Position numbers and translations under genes: made by a program. From contig CAVYGN010000001.1 of NCBI GenBank assembly GCA_963768055.1, forward strand, positions 448,001-512,000: a DNA stretch of 64,000 bases, written 5' to 3'. The notes under the pieces were generated by a model that ran no database searches, was not told where the DNA came from, and saw only the letters and a list, made by a program, of their open reading frames with translations. This DNA is from an uncultured Spirochaetota bacterium. Its GTDB lineage: Bacteria > Spirochaetota > Brevinematia > Brevinematales > JAOACQ01. Each line of letters begins with the position of its first letter. Positions within the stretch are counted from its first letter, which is position 1. This document shows, piece after piece, positions 30,394 to 41,301 of this stretch.

Positions 30394-31119
30394 ATGGGAA
30401 AAAAAATTGCATTGATTACAGGTGCAAGCCGCGGGATAGGTTCTTGTATTGCCCTGAAATTAGCTGAAGACGGATATTCTATATGGGCTAATTATAAGAA
30501 TAATCATTCCGCCGCAAACGAGCTGAAGAAAAAAGTCGAGGCGACCGGCATGGATTGCATCCTTCTGCCTTTCGATGTGTCTTCCGGTGCGGAAACGGAT
30601 AAATGTCTTCAACCCCTGCTGGAAAAGGAAGTTCCGGATGTATTGGTCAATAATGCGGGGTTTACGAGAGATTCCCTTCTGGTCTGGATGAAGGACGAGG
30701 ATTGGCAGGACGTGATAGATGTAACTCTTAAAGGTTATTTTAATGTTACGAGAAAAGTCATATTTCACATGCTTCAGAAACGGGAAGGGATTATTGTCAA
30801 TATATCCTCAACCGCCGGACAAAGCGGATTGCCCGGGCAGGGTAATTATTCGGCGGCAAAAGCGGGGATTATCGGCGCCAGCAAATCTTTGGCCCTGGAA
30901 GTGGCAGGCCGCGGCATCAGGGTTAATGTGGTAGCTCCTGGTTTCATTAAAACGGAGATGACTGAAAAACTGCCTGTAGATGAAATAATCAAAAGAGTGC
31001 CCATGAAAAGAATGGGCGATCCGGAAGAAGTGGCCTCGGTTGTTTCTTTTTTGTGCTCGCCGGGCGCATCATATATCACAGGGCAGGTTATCTCGGTAAA
31101 CGGCGGAATTTATGTATAG
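30394..31119 (+). CDS. fabG: 3-oxoacyl-ACP reductase (ApeQ-like)
   Basis: [27 protein letters not shown]. Confidence 0.92.
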   Translation: MGKKIALITGASRGIGSCIALKLAEDGYSIWANYKNNHSAANELKKKVEATGMDCILLPFDVSSGAETDKCLQPLLEKEVPDVLVNNAGFTRDSLLVWMKDEDWQDVIDVTLKGYFNVTRKVIFHMLQKREGIIVNISSTAGQSGLPGQGNYSAAKAGIIGASKSLALEVAGRGIRVNVVAPGFIKTEMTEKLPVDEIIKRVPMKRMGDPEEVASVVSFLCSPGASYITGQVISVNGGIYV

Positions 31120-32326
31120 AGTGGCAATTGTCGGAATGGGTATCGTCTCGTCCCTTGGTTCCGATTATCAAACTGTAACCGATTCGCTACTCCGGGGTGT
31201 TTCCGGAATTATAATAGATCCGGAGAGGATCGAGCTTGGCTTTAGAAGCCCGCTTACCGGGAAGATCAAAGGATTTATCAGGCCGGATTTAAAGAATAAG
31301 CAGCTCAGGACACTTACCGAGGAAGCTCTGCAATCATACTCTTCTGCAATTCAGGCGATCGCTCAGGCGGGATGGAAAGATGAAGATATTATCAATCCCC
31401 AAACCGGATTGATACTGGGAAACGACAGCACGACGATCCCGATAACAGAATCGATAGAGATAACGAAAAACGAAAAAAGGACCCTTTCCATCGGGGCTAC
31501 TCGCGTTTTCATGTCCCTGAATTCGCATGTTACAATGAATTTAAACGCTCTTTTGCAGACACAGGGGGCGAGCTGGACAATCAGCGGCGCCTGCGCCAGC
31601 GGCGGGCATTCTATAGGCCAGTCTGCGGATCTTATAGCAAACGGCAGGCAGGAGAGGATACTTTGCGGCGGTGTCCAGGAGATAAATTGGCAGTCCGTAT
31701 GCAGTTTTGACGCTACGGAAGCATTTTCAATCAGGGTGGACGATCCTTCGGGAGCATCCCGGCCTTTTGATAAAGACAGGGACGGTTTGGTGCCCAGCGG
31801 AGGTTCGGCTATTGTAGCCCTTGAAAGGTTCGACCTTGCCGAGAAAAGAGGGGCGAATATACTTGGTGAAATTTTAGGGTATTCGTTTTCTTCAGACGGG
31901 TATAAATTATCCGTTCCTTCCGGTATCGGGTTGGAACGCTGTATAAAAGACGTTATTTCCCGTTCGGCGGTTAGAGCCGGAGATATCGATTATATTTCTG
32001 CGCATGCCACATCCACCTTAATAGGAGATATTAAAGAAGCCGAGGCTATACATAACGTGTTCGGACAGGATATGCCCTGGATATCATCAATTAAATCGAT
32101 AGCCGGGCATGAGATGTGGATGGCCGGCGCTTCGCAGGTAATATATTGCCTTCTCATGTCTATCGGGGGTTTCATAGCGGCGAATATAAACTTCAGGGAA
32201 CAGGAAGGGGGAACTCCTCAATTAAAAATAGCGGCTGAAACAATTGATCTGAAGCCTGAGATTATGTTGTTGAATTCGGCAGGATTTGGGGGAACGAATT
32301 GCTGTTTGATGATCAAAGCTTTTTAA
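31112..32326 (+). CDS. Beta-ketoacyl-ACP synthase (FabB-like), KS1
   Basis: GACASG Cys, SAHATST, KSIAGH, GFGGTN. Confidence 0.92.
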   Translation: MYRVAIVGMGIVSSLGSDYQTVTDSLLRGVSGIIIDPERIELGFRSPLTGKIKGFIRPDLKNKQLRTLTEEALQSYSSAIQAIAQAGWKDEDIINPQTGLILGNDSTTIPITESIEITKNEKRTLSIGATRVFMSLNSHVTMNLNALLQTQGASWTISGACASGGHSIGQSADLIANGRQERILCGGVQEINWQSVCSFDATEAFSIRVDDPSGASRPFDKDRDGLVPSGGSAIVALERFDLAEKRGANILGEILGYSFSSDGYKLSVPSGIGLERCIKDVISRSAVRAGDIDYISAHATSTLIGDIKEAEAIHNVFGQDMPWISSIKSIAGHEMWMAGASQVIYCLLMSIGGFIAANINFREQEGGTPQLKIAAETIDLKPEIMLLNSAGFGGTNCCLMIKAF

Positions 32327-33747
32327 ATAAATACGATGTTATAGTGATCGGAGCGGGCATCGGAGGCTTAACTTCAGCATTAATCTTAGCGAAAGAAGGT
32401 AAAAAAGTCGCCGTATTCGAGAGAGACTCCGATATCGCTCCCTTAATAAGGCCTTATAAAAAAAAGGGTTGTGAATTCAGTCCCGGCCTGCATATCAGCG
32501 GCTGGATGGGAGACGGAGAAGCGATATCTTCTTTCCTGAAATTCTTGAATGTTTCGGACGGCGTTGAAAAACAATTAAATGAAAACGGCTATGGCGACAT
32601 TGTCGTCGGCCGGAACAAATATCATTTTCCGAGAGGATTTGAAAAAGTCGAGAATGCGTTTTTATCCTATTTTCCCGATTGCGCCGAAGCCGTTCATAAT
32701 TATATACGGTTGGTTAAAGAAGTGAACGAGCAGTCATTCTATTTCAATCATTCGCTGATCCCGGGGAAAAACGATAATTACAGCGGTTTTGCCGAGACGG
32801 CTAATTATACCCTTAAAGATTGCCTTATACATTATAACGCTTCCCCGGAATTGATCGATATGCTCGGTTTGTTGAGTTATATTCTCATCGGAAGTAAAGC
32901 GGATGAAGTACCTTTTGTTATGCATGCATTTGTGCTGGGCGGATTATACAAGTCGCCGGGTTTCTTTACTATCAATGGAATAAATAAATTATTATCGAAT
33001 TATAAGAGGGAATTTGAAAGGCTGGGCGTCGATCTCTTCACCAAAACGGAAATAGCCGAGATAAAAGTAGGAAGTGATAGAAATGTCACGGGTGTAATAA
33101 CGGATTCGGGAGCGGAGTATTTTTCTTCTACAGTAGTCGCTTCTTTTAATCCCAAGCTGTTAAAAGATAAAATCGACACAAGCGCTTTCCGCCAGATCTT
33201 TATCCGGCGGCTGGAAGAGGCGGAAAATACCATAGGCTTGTATGTCGCATTTTTTAAGATTGAAAATAATAAAGACTTTGAGAATTTTGTCTGTTACGAT
33301 AAAGACCTGGATGTCGTAGTCGGCACGACTAAAAATCATTCGGGTGAAAAAAATGAGCAGACGATTTTCAGCGTCTTTATGGCATCCGACGACAGGATCG
33401 CTCCTGCCGGAGCCGATGAGAAAAAGGTCCTGGCCGAAGAGAAATTCTCCTTGATGGAAAAGGTATTATTCAATATGATTCCCGGTTTGAAAGGCAAAGC
33501 CGTGCTATTGGATTATTTAAAACCCTGGTCGTTCGAACGTTATACCAAAACAGTCAACGGATCGGCATACGGTTTAAAGCAAACACTGAACTCGATAGGG
33601 TTCCAGCATAAAGTTCCTATCAGGGGATTGTATTTAGCAGGCCAGGCGATCTATCCGGGTTTCCTTGGATCCATGATTTCAGCGTTCAGCCTGGCTTTCG
33701 TGTTATGCGAAACCGGTGAATTCTGGTCAAAGGTAAAGAATCAATGA
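32299..33747 (+). CDS. Phytoene desaturase/retinol saturase family FAD oxidoreductase
   Basis: GAGIGG dinucleotide motif, FERYT..NGSAYG, GLYLAGQ. Confidence 0.85.
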   Translation: MLFDDQSFLNKYDVIVIGAGIGGLTSALILAKEGKKVAVFERDSDIAPLIRPYKKKGCEFSPGLHISGWMGDGEAISSFLKFLNVSDGVEKQLNENGYGDIVVGRNKYHFPRGFEKVENAFLSYFPDCAEAVHNYIRLVKEVNEQSFYFNHSLIPGKNDNYSGFAETANYTLKDCLIHYNASPELIDMLGLLSYILIGSKADEVPFVMHAFVLGGLYKSPGFFTINGINKLLSNYKREFERLGVDLFTKTEIAEIKVGSDRNVTGVITDSGAEYFSSTVVASFNPKLLKDKIDTSAFRQIFIRRLEEAENTIGLYVAFFKIENNKDFENFVCYDKDLDVVVGTTKNHSGEKNEQTIFSVFMASDDRIAPAGADEKKVLAEEKFSLMEKVLFNMIPGLKGKAVLLDYLKPWSFERYTKTVNGSAYGLKQTLNSIGFQHKVPIRGLYLAGQAIYPGFLGSMISAFSLAFVLCETGEFWSKVKNQ

Positions 33748-35003
33748 AGGAAAATAGGGTTGTAATAACAGGGATCGGCGCCGTTTCTCCCTTCGGAAAC
33801 GGGGTTTCCGTCCTCTCTGAAGGGATTTTTTCAAACCGTTCGGGTATTGTCAATATAGGCGCCGAGTGGAAAGAAAGTATATCCGATATGCTATGCGAAG
33901 TCGGCGGCGTCATTAAAGAAGATTTAAAAGAAAAGCGAATTCCCCGCGATTTACGCAGGAATATGGGGAGAACCTCAATCCTTGCCTGTTTATCCTCGGA
34001 AGAAGCTGCCGGAATGGCAGGACTGACTGAAGAACATTTCATGTCGGGCGATTACGGGGTAGCTTTTTCCTCGACAACAGGGAGCAGCAAATCGATTTAT
34101 GATTTTGCCTATAGATTAAAACAGGAAAAGAGCCTTTCCTCCATTAAATCAGGGCAATTTTTCCAGATCATGTCCCACACCACCGCCGCAAATATCGCTT
34201 GTTATTTTAATGTTAAAGGAAGGGTTATTTCGCCCTGCAGCGCATGTTCATCGGCTGCGCAGTCGATCGGGCTGGCATATGAAGCTGTAAAGTACGGCCT
34301 GCAGAAAGGCATGGTTTGCGGCGGAGCGGAAGAACTTCACGTAACTACAAGCGCGACCTTTGATTTGCTCCAGGCGGCTTCTTTTCATTATAACGATAAA
34401 CCCGACGAGACTCCGAAACCCTTCGATAGGGACAGGGACGGCACTGTTTGCGGAGAGGGCGGCGGCGCACTCATTCTTGAAAGCGAAGAGAGCGCAAAAA
34501 AGAGAGGGGCAAAAATTCTCGGGGAGATCGCGGGTTTCTGCACTTTTTCAAGCGGGGAACATATGACCCGCGTGATAGAAAAAGATCTTATTGCAGGAAT
34601 CGAGAGGCTTATAGCCGAATCGGGGATCAAACTTTCTGAAGTCGACTATATAAACGCCCATGGCACGGGAACTATTCTTGGCGACAGCGAGGAATCGAAA
34701 GCCCTGGAAACTGTTTTTAATTCAAAGGGATATAATCCATATGTGAGCAGTCTAAAGGGGCATATTGGACATACTTTGGGGGCAAGCGGCGCTCTTGAAT
34801 TAATTGTCTGTCTCCTGATGATTGAAAAAGGGCGTCTTGTACCCACTAAAAATTTGAAAAACCCCGATGAGAATTGCGGGAAAATAAATTATTTAAGAGA
34901 GTTCATAGACTTCAAACCTAATTTGATAATGAAAGACAGTTTCGCTTTCGGGGGAATAAATTCCATAATAATGTTGAGGAGTTATGATAATGGAAACAAA
35001 TGA
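33744..35003 (+). CDS. Beta-ketoacyl-ACP synthase (FabF/ApeR-like), KS2
   Basis: SACSS, NAHGTGT, KGHIGHTLGA, FAFGGIN. Confidence 0.92.
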   Translation: MKENRVVITGIGAVSPFGNGVSVLSEGIFSNRSGIVNIGAEWKESISDMLCEVGGVIKEDLKEKRIPRDLRRNMGRTSILACLSSEEAAGMAGLTEEHFMSGDYGVAFSSTTGSSKSIYDFAYRLKQEKSLSSIKSGQFFQIMSHTTAANIACYFNVKGRVISPCSACSSAAQSIGLAYEAVKYGLQKGMVCGGAEELHVTTSATFDLLQAASFHYNDKPDETPKPFDRDRDGTVCGEGGGALILESEESAKKRGAKILGEIAGFCTFSSGEHMTRVIEKDLIAGIERLIAESGIKLSEVDYINAHGTGTILGDSEESKALETVFNSKGYNPYVSSLKGHIGHTLGASGALELIVCLLMIEKGRLVPTKNLKNPDENCGKINYLREFIDFKPNLIMKDSFAFGGINSIIMLRSYDNGNK

Positions 35004-35244
35004 GATTTTTGAGAAAGTAAAAAATGTTTTTGTTGATGAATTTGAAATTGACGGGAAATTGATAACCAGGGAATCTTTGATTTTTGACGAACTGGGATTG
35101 GACAGCCTGGATAGCGTGGATTTGATAGTAGCACTTGAAAAGGCGTTTAATTTTAAAATAGACAGGGCTAACGACGGTCCGGTCATCAATCAGATCAGAA
35201 GTATTCAGGACATTCTGAATTATATAGAAACCAAAAGATCATAA
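34984..35244 (+). CDS. Acyl carrier protein (ApeF-like)
   Basis: LGLDSLDSVDL phosphopantetheine motif. Confidence 0.93.
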   Translation: MIMETNEIFEKVKNVFVDEFEIDGKLITRESLIFDELGLDSLDSVDLIVALEKAFNFKIDRANDGPVINQIRSIQDILNYIETKRS

Positions 35245-35276
35245 TTAAGGCGGCAAACCAGGTTCCGAGGCGATCT

Positions 35277-36584
35277 ATGAATAAAATGCTATGGCAATCC
35301 GATTTTGATTTTCAATATGAAAGCAGGGAGAAATCCGACCTGCTGCAGGAGAATCATTTGATCGAGCATGTGAATTACTGCTTGAAGGAAAGCCCATTCT
35401 ATAATAAACGATTCATGAATTCTATCGGAGAAATTTCGTCTATAAAGGATTTTTCAAAAATCGGCTTCACTTATAAAGGTGATTTATTGAAATATAATTA
35501 TGAATTCTTAGCGGTTAAAGAAGCCGATATTGTCGATACCTGTTTTACTTCGGCGACGGAAGGCACCACTCCCGTTAATTTTCTTTTGACTAAAAATGAT
35601 CTTGACCGTTTGGCATATAATGAGCAAATAGCTTTTCAGATAGCCGGGGTCGGAAGAGAGGATAAAATGGCTGTCTGCGTAGCCCTTGAACGGGGATTCA
35701 TGGCGGGCCTGGCTTATTTTCTGGGCGGGGTCAGGTTAGGCACCCATATGATCAGGGTCGGTTCGTCGGGTTCTCAGCATATCTGGAACATCATTAAAAC
35801 GCAATACCCGACAGTGCTGATAGGAGTACCTTCCGTTCTGGCTAACGTCGCGATTTACGCCATCGATGAGGGCGAGGATCCGGCAGCCTTAAAAGTGAAA
35901 AGGATCCTTGCTATCGGAGAACCTGTAAGGGATAAAGATTTAAAACTCCTTCCCTCGGGAAGGCGCATCGAACAATTATGGAACACGCCACTGTATTCAA
36001 CCTATGCCTCAACGGAAATGTCGACCTCTTTCTGTGAATGCAGCGAGAGACAGGGCGGACATTTTCGGCCGGAACTAATTTATATCGAGCTTGTCGATGA
36101 CGATGGAAACAGGACGGCCGACGGGGAAATCGGGGAAGTGGTCGTTACTCCTTTAGGCGTTCAGGGGATGCCCTTAATGAGATTCAAAACCGGGGATATA
36201 TCATATATCATCAGTGAAAACTGCTCCTGCGGCAGGACTACACGGAGAATTGCCCCGGTTCTGGGCAGAAAATCGCAGATGCTGAAATACAAAGGCACGG
36301 TCGTTTTTCCTAATTCTATTGTTTCTATTGTCGAAGCGAACCCGGATTTTTCGGGGTGTTATGTAGAGGCTTATTCGGCGGAATTCGGGGAAGACCGTGT
36401 AGTAGCTGTTATTTCGCCCGCCGATAATAATTACGACCTTGAAAAACTTAAAGAACAATTCAGGGCCGGGCTTAGGGTAGTACCGGAGCTGAAAATTACA
36501 GGCAAAGACGAACTATTAAAAAAAACACAGCCATCCGGGAAAAGGAAAAGACAAATATATTTTGATATGAGAAAGGAAGAATAA
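35277..36584 (+). CDS. Phenylacetate-CoA ligase family (aryl-CoA/ACP ligase)
   Basis: TYASTE, GEVVVT, PLMRFKTGD, CSCGRT, KGTVVFP. Confidence 0.88.
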   Translation: MNKMLWQSDFDFQYESREKSDLLQENHLIEHVNYCLKESPFYNKRFMNSIGEISSIKDFSKIGFTYKGDLLKYNYEFLAVKEADIVDTCFTSATEGTTPVNFLLTKNDLDRLAYNEQIAFQIAGVGREDKMAVCVALERGFMAGLAYFLGGVRLGTHMIRVGSSGSQHIWNIIKTQYPTVLIGVPSVLANVAIYAIDEGEDPAALKVKRILAIGEPVRDKDLKLLPSGRRIEQLWNTPLYSTYASTEMSTSFCECSERQGGHFRPELIYIELVDDDGNRTADGEIGEVVVTPLGVQGMPLMRFKTGDISYIISENCSCGRTTRRIAPVLGRKSQMLKYKGTVVFPNSIVSIVEANPDFSGCYVEAYSAEFGEDRVVAVISPADNNYDLEKLKEQFRAGLRVVPELKITGKDELLKKTQPSGKRKRQIYFDMRKEE

Positions 36585-36585
36585 T

Positions 36586-38178
36586 ATGGACGAGCGGTAT
36601 CAAACTGTTGTTCTTGACGGCAGCAATCTTACGATAGACGATATTGTAGCTATCGGATCGGGCGAAAAACTTGTCGCTTTGAATAAAAGCTCGCTGGAGA
36701 AATGCAGGGCAAGCTGGGAATTTCTGCTTAAAAAAATTAAAGAGGGAAACATTATTTACGGTGTAAATACTTCATTCGGTTCAATGTGCAATAAAATTAT
36801 ACATGAAGATTCTATCGAGCTTCTTCAGGAAAATCTTATCAAAAGCCATGCAGCAGGGTTGGGGGAACCTATAGATCATACCATCGCCATGGCCGCTGTT
36901 GCCGTAAGGCTTAACTCTTTAATCAAGGGTTATTCAGGCGTCCGCGTGGAATTATTGGATTTTATGACCGAGTTGATAAATCATCGAATTGCCCCATATA
37001 TTCCTTCGAGGGGAAGCGTCGGCGCTTCCGGAGATTTAATCCATCTTGCCCACCTGGCTTTAATGATAATCGGGGAGGGGCGGGTTTTCTATAAAGGTCA
37101 ATTAATGGAGGCGGAAGAAGCTTACAGGCTGGCAAATTTAAAGCCTTTTAAACTTGGTTTAAAAGAGGGTATAGCCCTTATAAACGGGACGTCTGTAATG
37201 ACGGCAATTGCCGCATTCGCTGTTTATCAGGCAAAGCAGGCTTTGGCGGTTGAATGCATCGCCGCCGCTTTTTCAATTGAAATATTCAACAGTATCAGCG
37301 ATTTCCTGGATGAAACTCTTCATAATCTTAAGCCTCATCGCGGACAGATAAAGATAGCCCGGATCTTAAGGGAACTGGTCGCAGGATCGAAGAATGTCGT
37401 CAACAGATCCGATCTTCATGAGATTATCAGGGAAGAGTCCAAAGACGGTTCCTGTGTTTTTGAAACCAGCATATTTATCCAGAATGTTTATTCCATAAGA
37501 TGCACTCCGCAGGTCCTGGCCCCGGTTTATGAGGCGGTGGAAACAGCTGAAAATATTGTCGTTCTGGAAGCCAATTCAACAAATGACAATCCGATACTGA
37601 TTCCCGAAGAAAATAAGATCCTCCATGGGGGGAATTTTCATGGCCAGAGCATCGGGTTTTATATGGACAGCCTGGCCATCGCCCTCTCTACAATGTCGAA
37701 TATCTCTGAAAGAAGGCTGAATACATTATTGGACAGCAAGTTAAACGGAGAGCTGCCCGAGTACCTGATCAGCGGAATAAGGGGGCTCGATATGGGATTT
37801 ATGGGAGCGCAGTATCTTGCAACTTCCACTACCGCTGAAAACCGGCAGTTGTCCAATCCGGTCAGCACAAATAACATTTCATGCAATTCATCCAACCAGG
37901 ACGTGGTAAGCATGGGAACGGTAGCTGCGCGTAAAGTGTATACCCAGGTCTGCAATCTGAAGTATATCCTTACCCTTGAAATATTAGCCGATCTGCAGGC
38001 ATTGTCCTTTAAAGATCCTTCTAAAATGGGTAAAGGGATAACCGAATATTATAAAAAACTATCCCCTCATTTTACAGTTTACGACGGCAAGATTGTTTTT
38101 CATAATTTGCTGACGGAATTCCTGGAACTGATATTCGAGAAAGACATACTCAGCCATAGGGATATCTTTAAAATATAA
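36586..38178 (+). CDS. Aromatic amino acid ammonia-lyase (MIO), probably tyrosine ammonia-lyase type
   Basis: YGVNTSFG, GASGDL MIO triad, HGGNFHG, NQDVVSMG. Confidence 0.9.
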   Translation: MDERYQTVVLDGSNLTIDDIVAIGSGEKLVALNKSSLEKCRASWEFLLKKIKEGNIIYGVNTSFGSMCNKIIHEDSIELLQENLIKSHAAGLGEPIDHTIAMAAVAVRLNSLIKGYSGVRVELLDFMTELINHRIAPYIPSRGSVGASGDLIHLAHLALMIIGEGRVFYKGQLMEAEEAYRLANLKPFKLGLKEGIALINGTSVMTAIAAFAVYQAKQALAVECIAAAFSIEIFNSISDFLDETLHNLKPHRGQIKIARILRELVAGSKNVVNRSDLHEIIREESKDGSCVFETSIFIQNVYSIRCTPQVLAPVYEAVETAENIVVLEANSTNDNPILIPEENKILHGGNFHGQSIGFYMDSLAIALSTMSNISERRLNTLLDSKLNGELPEYLISGIRGLDMGFMGAQYLATSTTAENRQLSNPVSTNNISCNSSNQDVVSMGTVAARKVYTQVCNLKYILTLEILADLQALSFKDPSKMGKGITEYYKKLSPHFTVYDGKIVFHNLLTEFLELIFEKDILSHRDIFKI

Positions 38179-38188
38179 GGGGAATTTT

Positions 38189-39082
38189 ATGATGAGCCTG
38201 CCATGCCCGATCCGTGATTTGATACCCCAGAAAGGAAAAATGGGTTTCGATGAAAACCTTATAAAAGTGGAATCGAAAAACGGCGAGGGATCGGCCCTTA
38301 TCAAAGAGGATAATATTTTTTTAAATTTTAATAAAGAATTATCAAATATTGCCCTCATAGAGTTTGTCAATCAGCTTGCCGCGGCTGTCCAGGGATACAA
38401 TGAAAAATCAAATAATAAAAAGCCCGTAAAAGGTTTATTCGTAGGCGTTCAGGAGGCTGAATTTTTCCAAACTGTTAAATCAGGCGATTTACTTACTTTA
38501 ACAGGGTCTGTAACTGAAGAAGTCGCCCAGGTAACCTTTTTAGAGGGTATTATAGAGAGGGACGGGGAAAGAATCACCCGTCTTATAACAAAATTATATG
38601 AAGTCAGCGGCTTATCCGAGTTTGAATCATTGATGAGCCGGGAGCGTCACGAACTGGAAAAGAAGGTTGTTTTATTAAATAAAAATGAGCCGCCTGCCTG
38701 TCTTTCCTCGGACATGCGCAGAAAACTTTATTCCTATATGCAGGGAACGGAAATTGGAAACGATTATATTTCTTTTAAGATTTCCTGCCCGGAGGATTTT
38801 GAGGCGTTTGACGGGCATTTTCCGGGAAACCCCCTATTGCCCGGAATTATGCTCCTGGAGATCGGCAATTTAGCGCTGGAAATCTTTATAAACAGCCCTT
38901 TTGTTATAAATTATATTAAAAAAATGAAAATTGCCGGTATTGTCTTTCCCGGCCAGGCGGTTTCCTGCAATATTAAGATCGACTCGAGAGATGAGTCTAA
39001 ACTTGCATTTTCCGCCTTATTAAAGGGGGAGGACGGCAGGGAGATCTCCCATTATTCCGGATTCGGTAAGGTTTATGGCTAA
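38189..39082 (+). CDS. Double hotdog 3-hydroxyacyl-ACP dehydratase (ApeP-like plus ApeI/FabZ-like fusion)
   Basis: N-domain LIPQ..M..IEFVNQ; C-domain FDGHFPGNPLLPG. Confidence 0.8.
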   Translation: MMSLPCPIRDLIPQKGKMGFDENLIKVESKNGEGSALIKEDNIFLNFNKELSNIALIEFVNQLAAAVQGYNEKSNNKKPVKGLFVGVQEAEFFQTVKSGDLLTLTGSVTEEVAQVTFLEGIIERDGERITRLITKLYEVSGLSEFESLMSRERHELEKKVVLLNKNEPPACLSSDMRRKLYSYMQGTEIGNDYISFKISCPEDFEAFDGHFPGNPLLPGIMLLEIGNLALEIFINSPFVINYIKKMKIAGIVFPGQAVSCNIKIDSRDESKLAFSALLKGEDGREISHYSGFGKVYG

Positions 39083-39542
39083 TAGAAGAAATGATAATTA
39101 TTTTTCAGCCGATGAAAAACCCCCCCTTGTTGCAGAATGCCTTCGAAGAGTTCAATTTGACGAAGTGGACTCGCTAAGGATTGTCTGGCATGGAAGATAT
39201 ATCAGTTATTTCGAGCAGGGTCGGAACGAATGGGGCCGGAAATTCGGATTCACCTATAACGATATGGCGGAGAACGGTTTTGCTATGCCTGTTGTAAAGA
39301 TTTATGTCGATTATTTCTATCCCCTTTTATACGACGAATTGTTCAGGATCAGGACAAGCTGCCACTGGACGGAAGCTTCAAAAATGAATATGAGTTACGA
39401 GATTTTTTCGGAAAAAGGCATTCTTGCCGTTAAGGGATATACCGTTCAGCTTTACACGGATTTTACCGGTAAACCCTTGATTTTGAAACCGGATTTTGCT
39501 GAAAGATTTATTCAGAAATGGGATGATTGGCGTTTGAAATGA
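39075..39542 (+). CDS. Acyl-CoA thioesterase (4HBT family, ApeK-like)
   Basis: FDEVDSLRIVWHGRYISYFEQGR. Confidence 0.9.
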   Translation: MANRRNDNYFSADEKPPLVAECLRRVQFDEVDSLRIVWHGRYISYFEQGRNEWGRKFGFTYNDMAENGFAMPVVKIYVDYFYPLLYDELFRIRTSCHWTEASKMNMSYEIFSEKGILAVKGYTVQLYTDFTGKPLILKPDFAERFIQKWDDWRLK

Positions 39543-40633
39543 AGAGAGATGTATTTTTAAATCATTCTGCAGTAATAACCGGCCTGGGGACTCTGGATAG
39601 CACCTGGAAATCGATTCTTGATAATCGATCCGGTATTGTAAAAAAAGATCATTTTAATAATTCTTTGCTGGGAAAAACAGGCTTATCTTTATTTAATAGA
39701 GATTTATCCGGATTTACTCAAAATTTTACCCGGTTTTTGATGGATGAATGCCTGGCGGGCTTTCCCGATTTACCCGAAGATACTTTTATTATATGGACGG
39801 GAATTAAAAATAATGCCGAAAGCATTGAAAATCAATATAATAAGGCCGAAATGCCGCTATATTCTTCCGAGTACGATTTGCGCTGCTGGCTAAGCGGCAA
39901 ATTAGGTTTAAAAAAGGGCGGCATGGAAATAAATGCCGCATGCGCCTCTTCCACGGTTGGAGCGGGCCTCGCAGTTCAATTTATTAAAGACGGTAAGTAC
40001 GATCATATTCTGGTAGCGGGAGCAGATATCGTCAGCCGGTTTGTTTTCTTCGGTTTCGCCGCTTTAAAAGCAATGAGCGAAGACGTCTGTAAGCCATTTG
40101 ATGTGAATAGAAAAGGATTAACGCTGGGTGACGGTGCGGCCGCATTATTTTTTTCGGCGGAAAGGCAATCGGATATATGTTTATCCGGATACTGCATTAC
40201 AAACGACGCCAATCATATTACCGGCCCTTCAAGGGACGGCGCCGGATTGGAAAAAGCCTTGCGCGGCGCTCTGGAAATGTCATGCATGGAGCCTGAAGAT
40301 GTTCAGGCGTTTTGCGCTCATGGGACCGGGACTCAATATAACGATGCAATGGAATTATCAGCCGCAAAGTCATTATTCGGGGATGACATTCCTCCGGTTT
40401 TCGGCGTAAAGGGAGCGATAGGCCACACTCTTGGAGCGGCGGGGGGGATCGAGATCGCTCTATGCGGGAGATGCCTGTCGGAAGGGATATTGCCTCCTAC
40501 CGTAGGGTGTGCAAAGCCCGAGATTTCCAATGTTGTAATGGAAAAAACCGGTTTTCAGGGAAAGAACATACTGACCAGCAACTCGGGTTTCGGCGGGATC
40601 AACGCAGCCGTTATAATGGAAAATATGTCATGA
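39539..40633 (+). CDS. Beta-ketoacyl synthase, KS3
   Basis: AACASS, AHGTGT, KGAIGHTLGA, GFGGIN. Confidence 0.9.
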   Translation: MKRDVFLNHSAVITGLGTLDSTWKSILDNRSGIVKKDHFNNSLLGKTGLSLFNRDLSGFTQNFTRFLMDECLAGFPDLPEDTFIIWTGIKNNAESIENQYNKAEMPLYSSEYDLRCWLSGKLGLKKGGMEINAACASSTVGAGLAVQFIKDGKYDHILVAGADIVSRFVFFGFAALKAMSEDVCKPFDVNRKGLTLGDGAAALFFSAERQSDICLSGYCITNDANHITGPSRDGAGLEKALRGALEMSCMEPEDVQAFCAHGTGTQYNDAMELSAAKSLFGDDIPPVFGVKGAIGHTLGAAGGIEIALCGRCLSEGILPPTVGCAKPEISNVVMEKTGFQGKNILTSNSGFGGINAAVIMENMS

Positions 40634-41298
40634 ATAACGGTAAAAAAATTTATGTGCTGGGCAGCGGCTGGATTTCTTCCTCCGGATACGGTTTGTTCGG
40701 TTCTAAGCCTGTTTTTTCCTACGATTCAGCGGATTTAAAATATCCCGAATTACAGGATTACCTGGCTGAATTGCCGTCCAGATACGGCCGTTTCGATGTT
40801 TATACGAGAACTTGTTTTTCCGCAGCTGTCCTCGCCTTAAATGACGCGGGCCTGCTTCATACAGGAAAGAAGGAGAATACCGGTATTATTGTGGGAAGCC
40901 GGTCAGGGGTTTATGATAACGATATATCTTTTTTTGAGTCTACACTGGAAGAAAAAGGATCATTTTCAAGCCCCAATCTCTTTTCATATACGCTTCCTAA
41001 TGTCGCTCTGGGGGAAATTGCAGTATTTTTTAACTTTACCGGTCCCTCTTTCTGCGTCGGGAATGATCCGGCCCATCCGGGCAGGGATGTTCTTCAATCA
41101 TCGCTTTGTTTACTTGGAACAGGCAGAAACAGAAAAATATTAATCGGATGGGCTGAAACGGCAAAGAGAATTAAAAACGAAGAAAGATTTTATAAAGGGG
41201 CGGCTTTTGCCGTTTTATCTACAGAAAAAACCGATCGCTTAAAAGAAGAACTTGAATTTGAAAATAACATAAACTTTTTAGAATTATTCGGGTGTTAA
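40630..41298 (+). CDS. Chain-length-factor-like KS N-terminal domain protein, CLF-A
   Basis: RYGRFD, SPNLFSYTLPN; no ACxS catalytic motif; ATGA overlap with KS3. Confidence 0.8.
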   Translation: MNNGKKIYVLGSGWISSSGYGLFGSKPVFSYDSADLKYPELQDYLAELPSRYGRFDVYTRTCFSAAVLALNDAGLLHTGKKENTGIIVGSRSGVYDNDISFFESTLEEKGSFSSPNLFSYTLPNVALGEIAVFFNFTGPSFCVGNDPAHPGRDVLQSSLCLLGTGRNRKILIGWAETAKRIKNEERFYKGAAFAVLSTEKTDRLKEELEFENNINFLELFGC

Positions 41299-41301
41299 AT
41301 T

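Noticed and set aside
40462..40629. N-terminal extension of the CLF-A ORF
   Set aside because: Overlaps the KS3 coding sequence; the ATGA-coupled start at 40630 is more plausible
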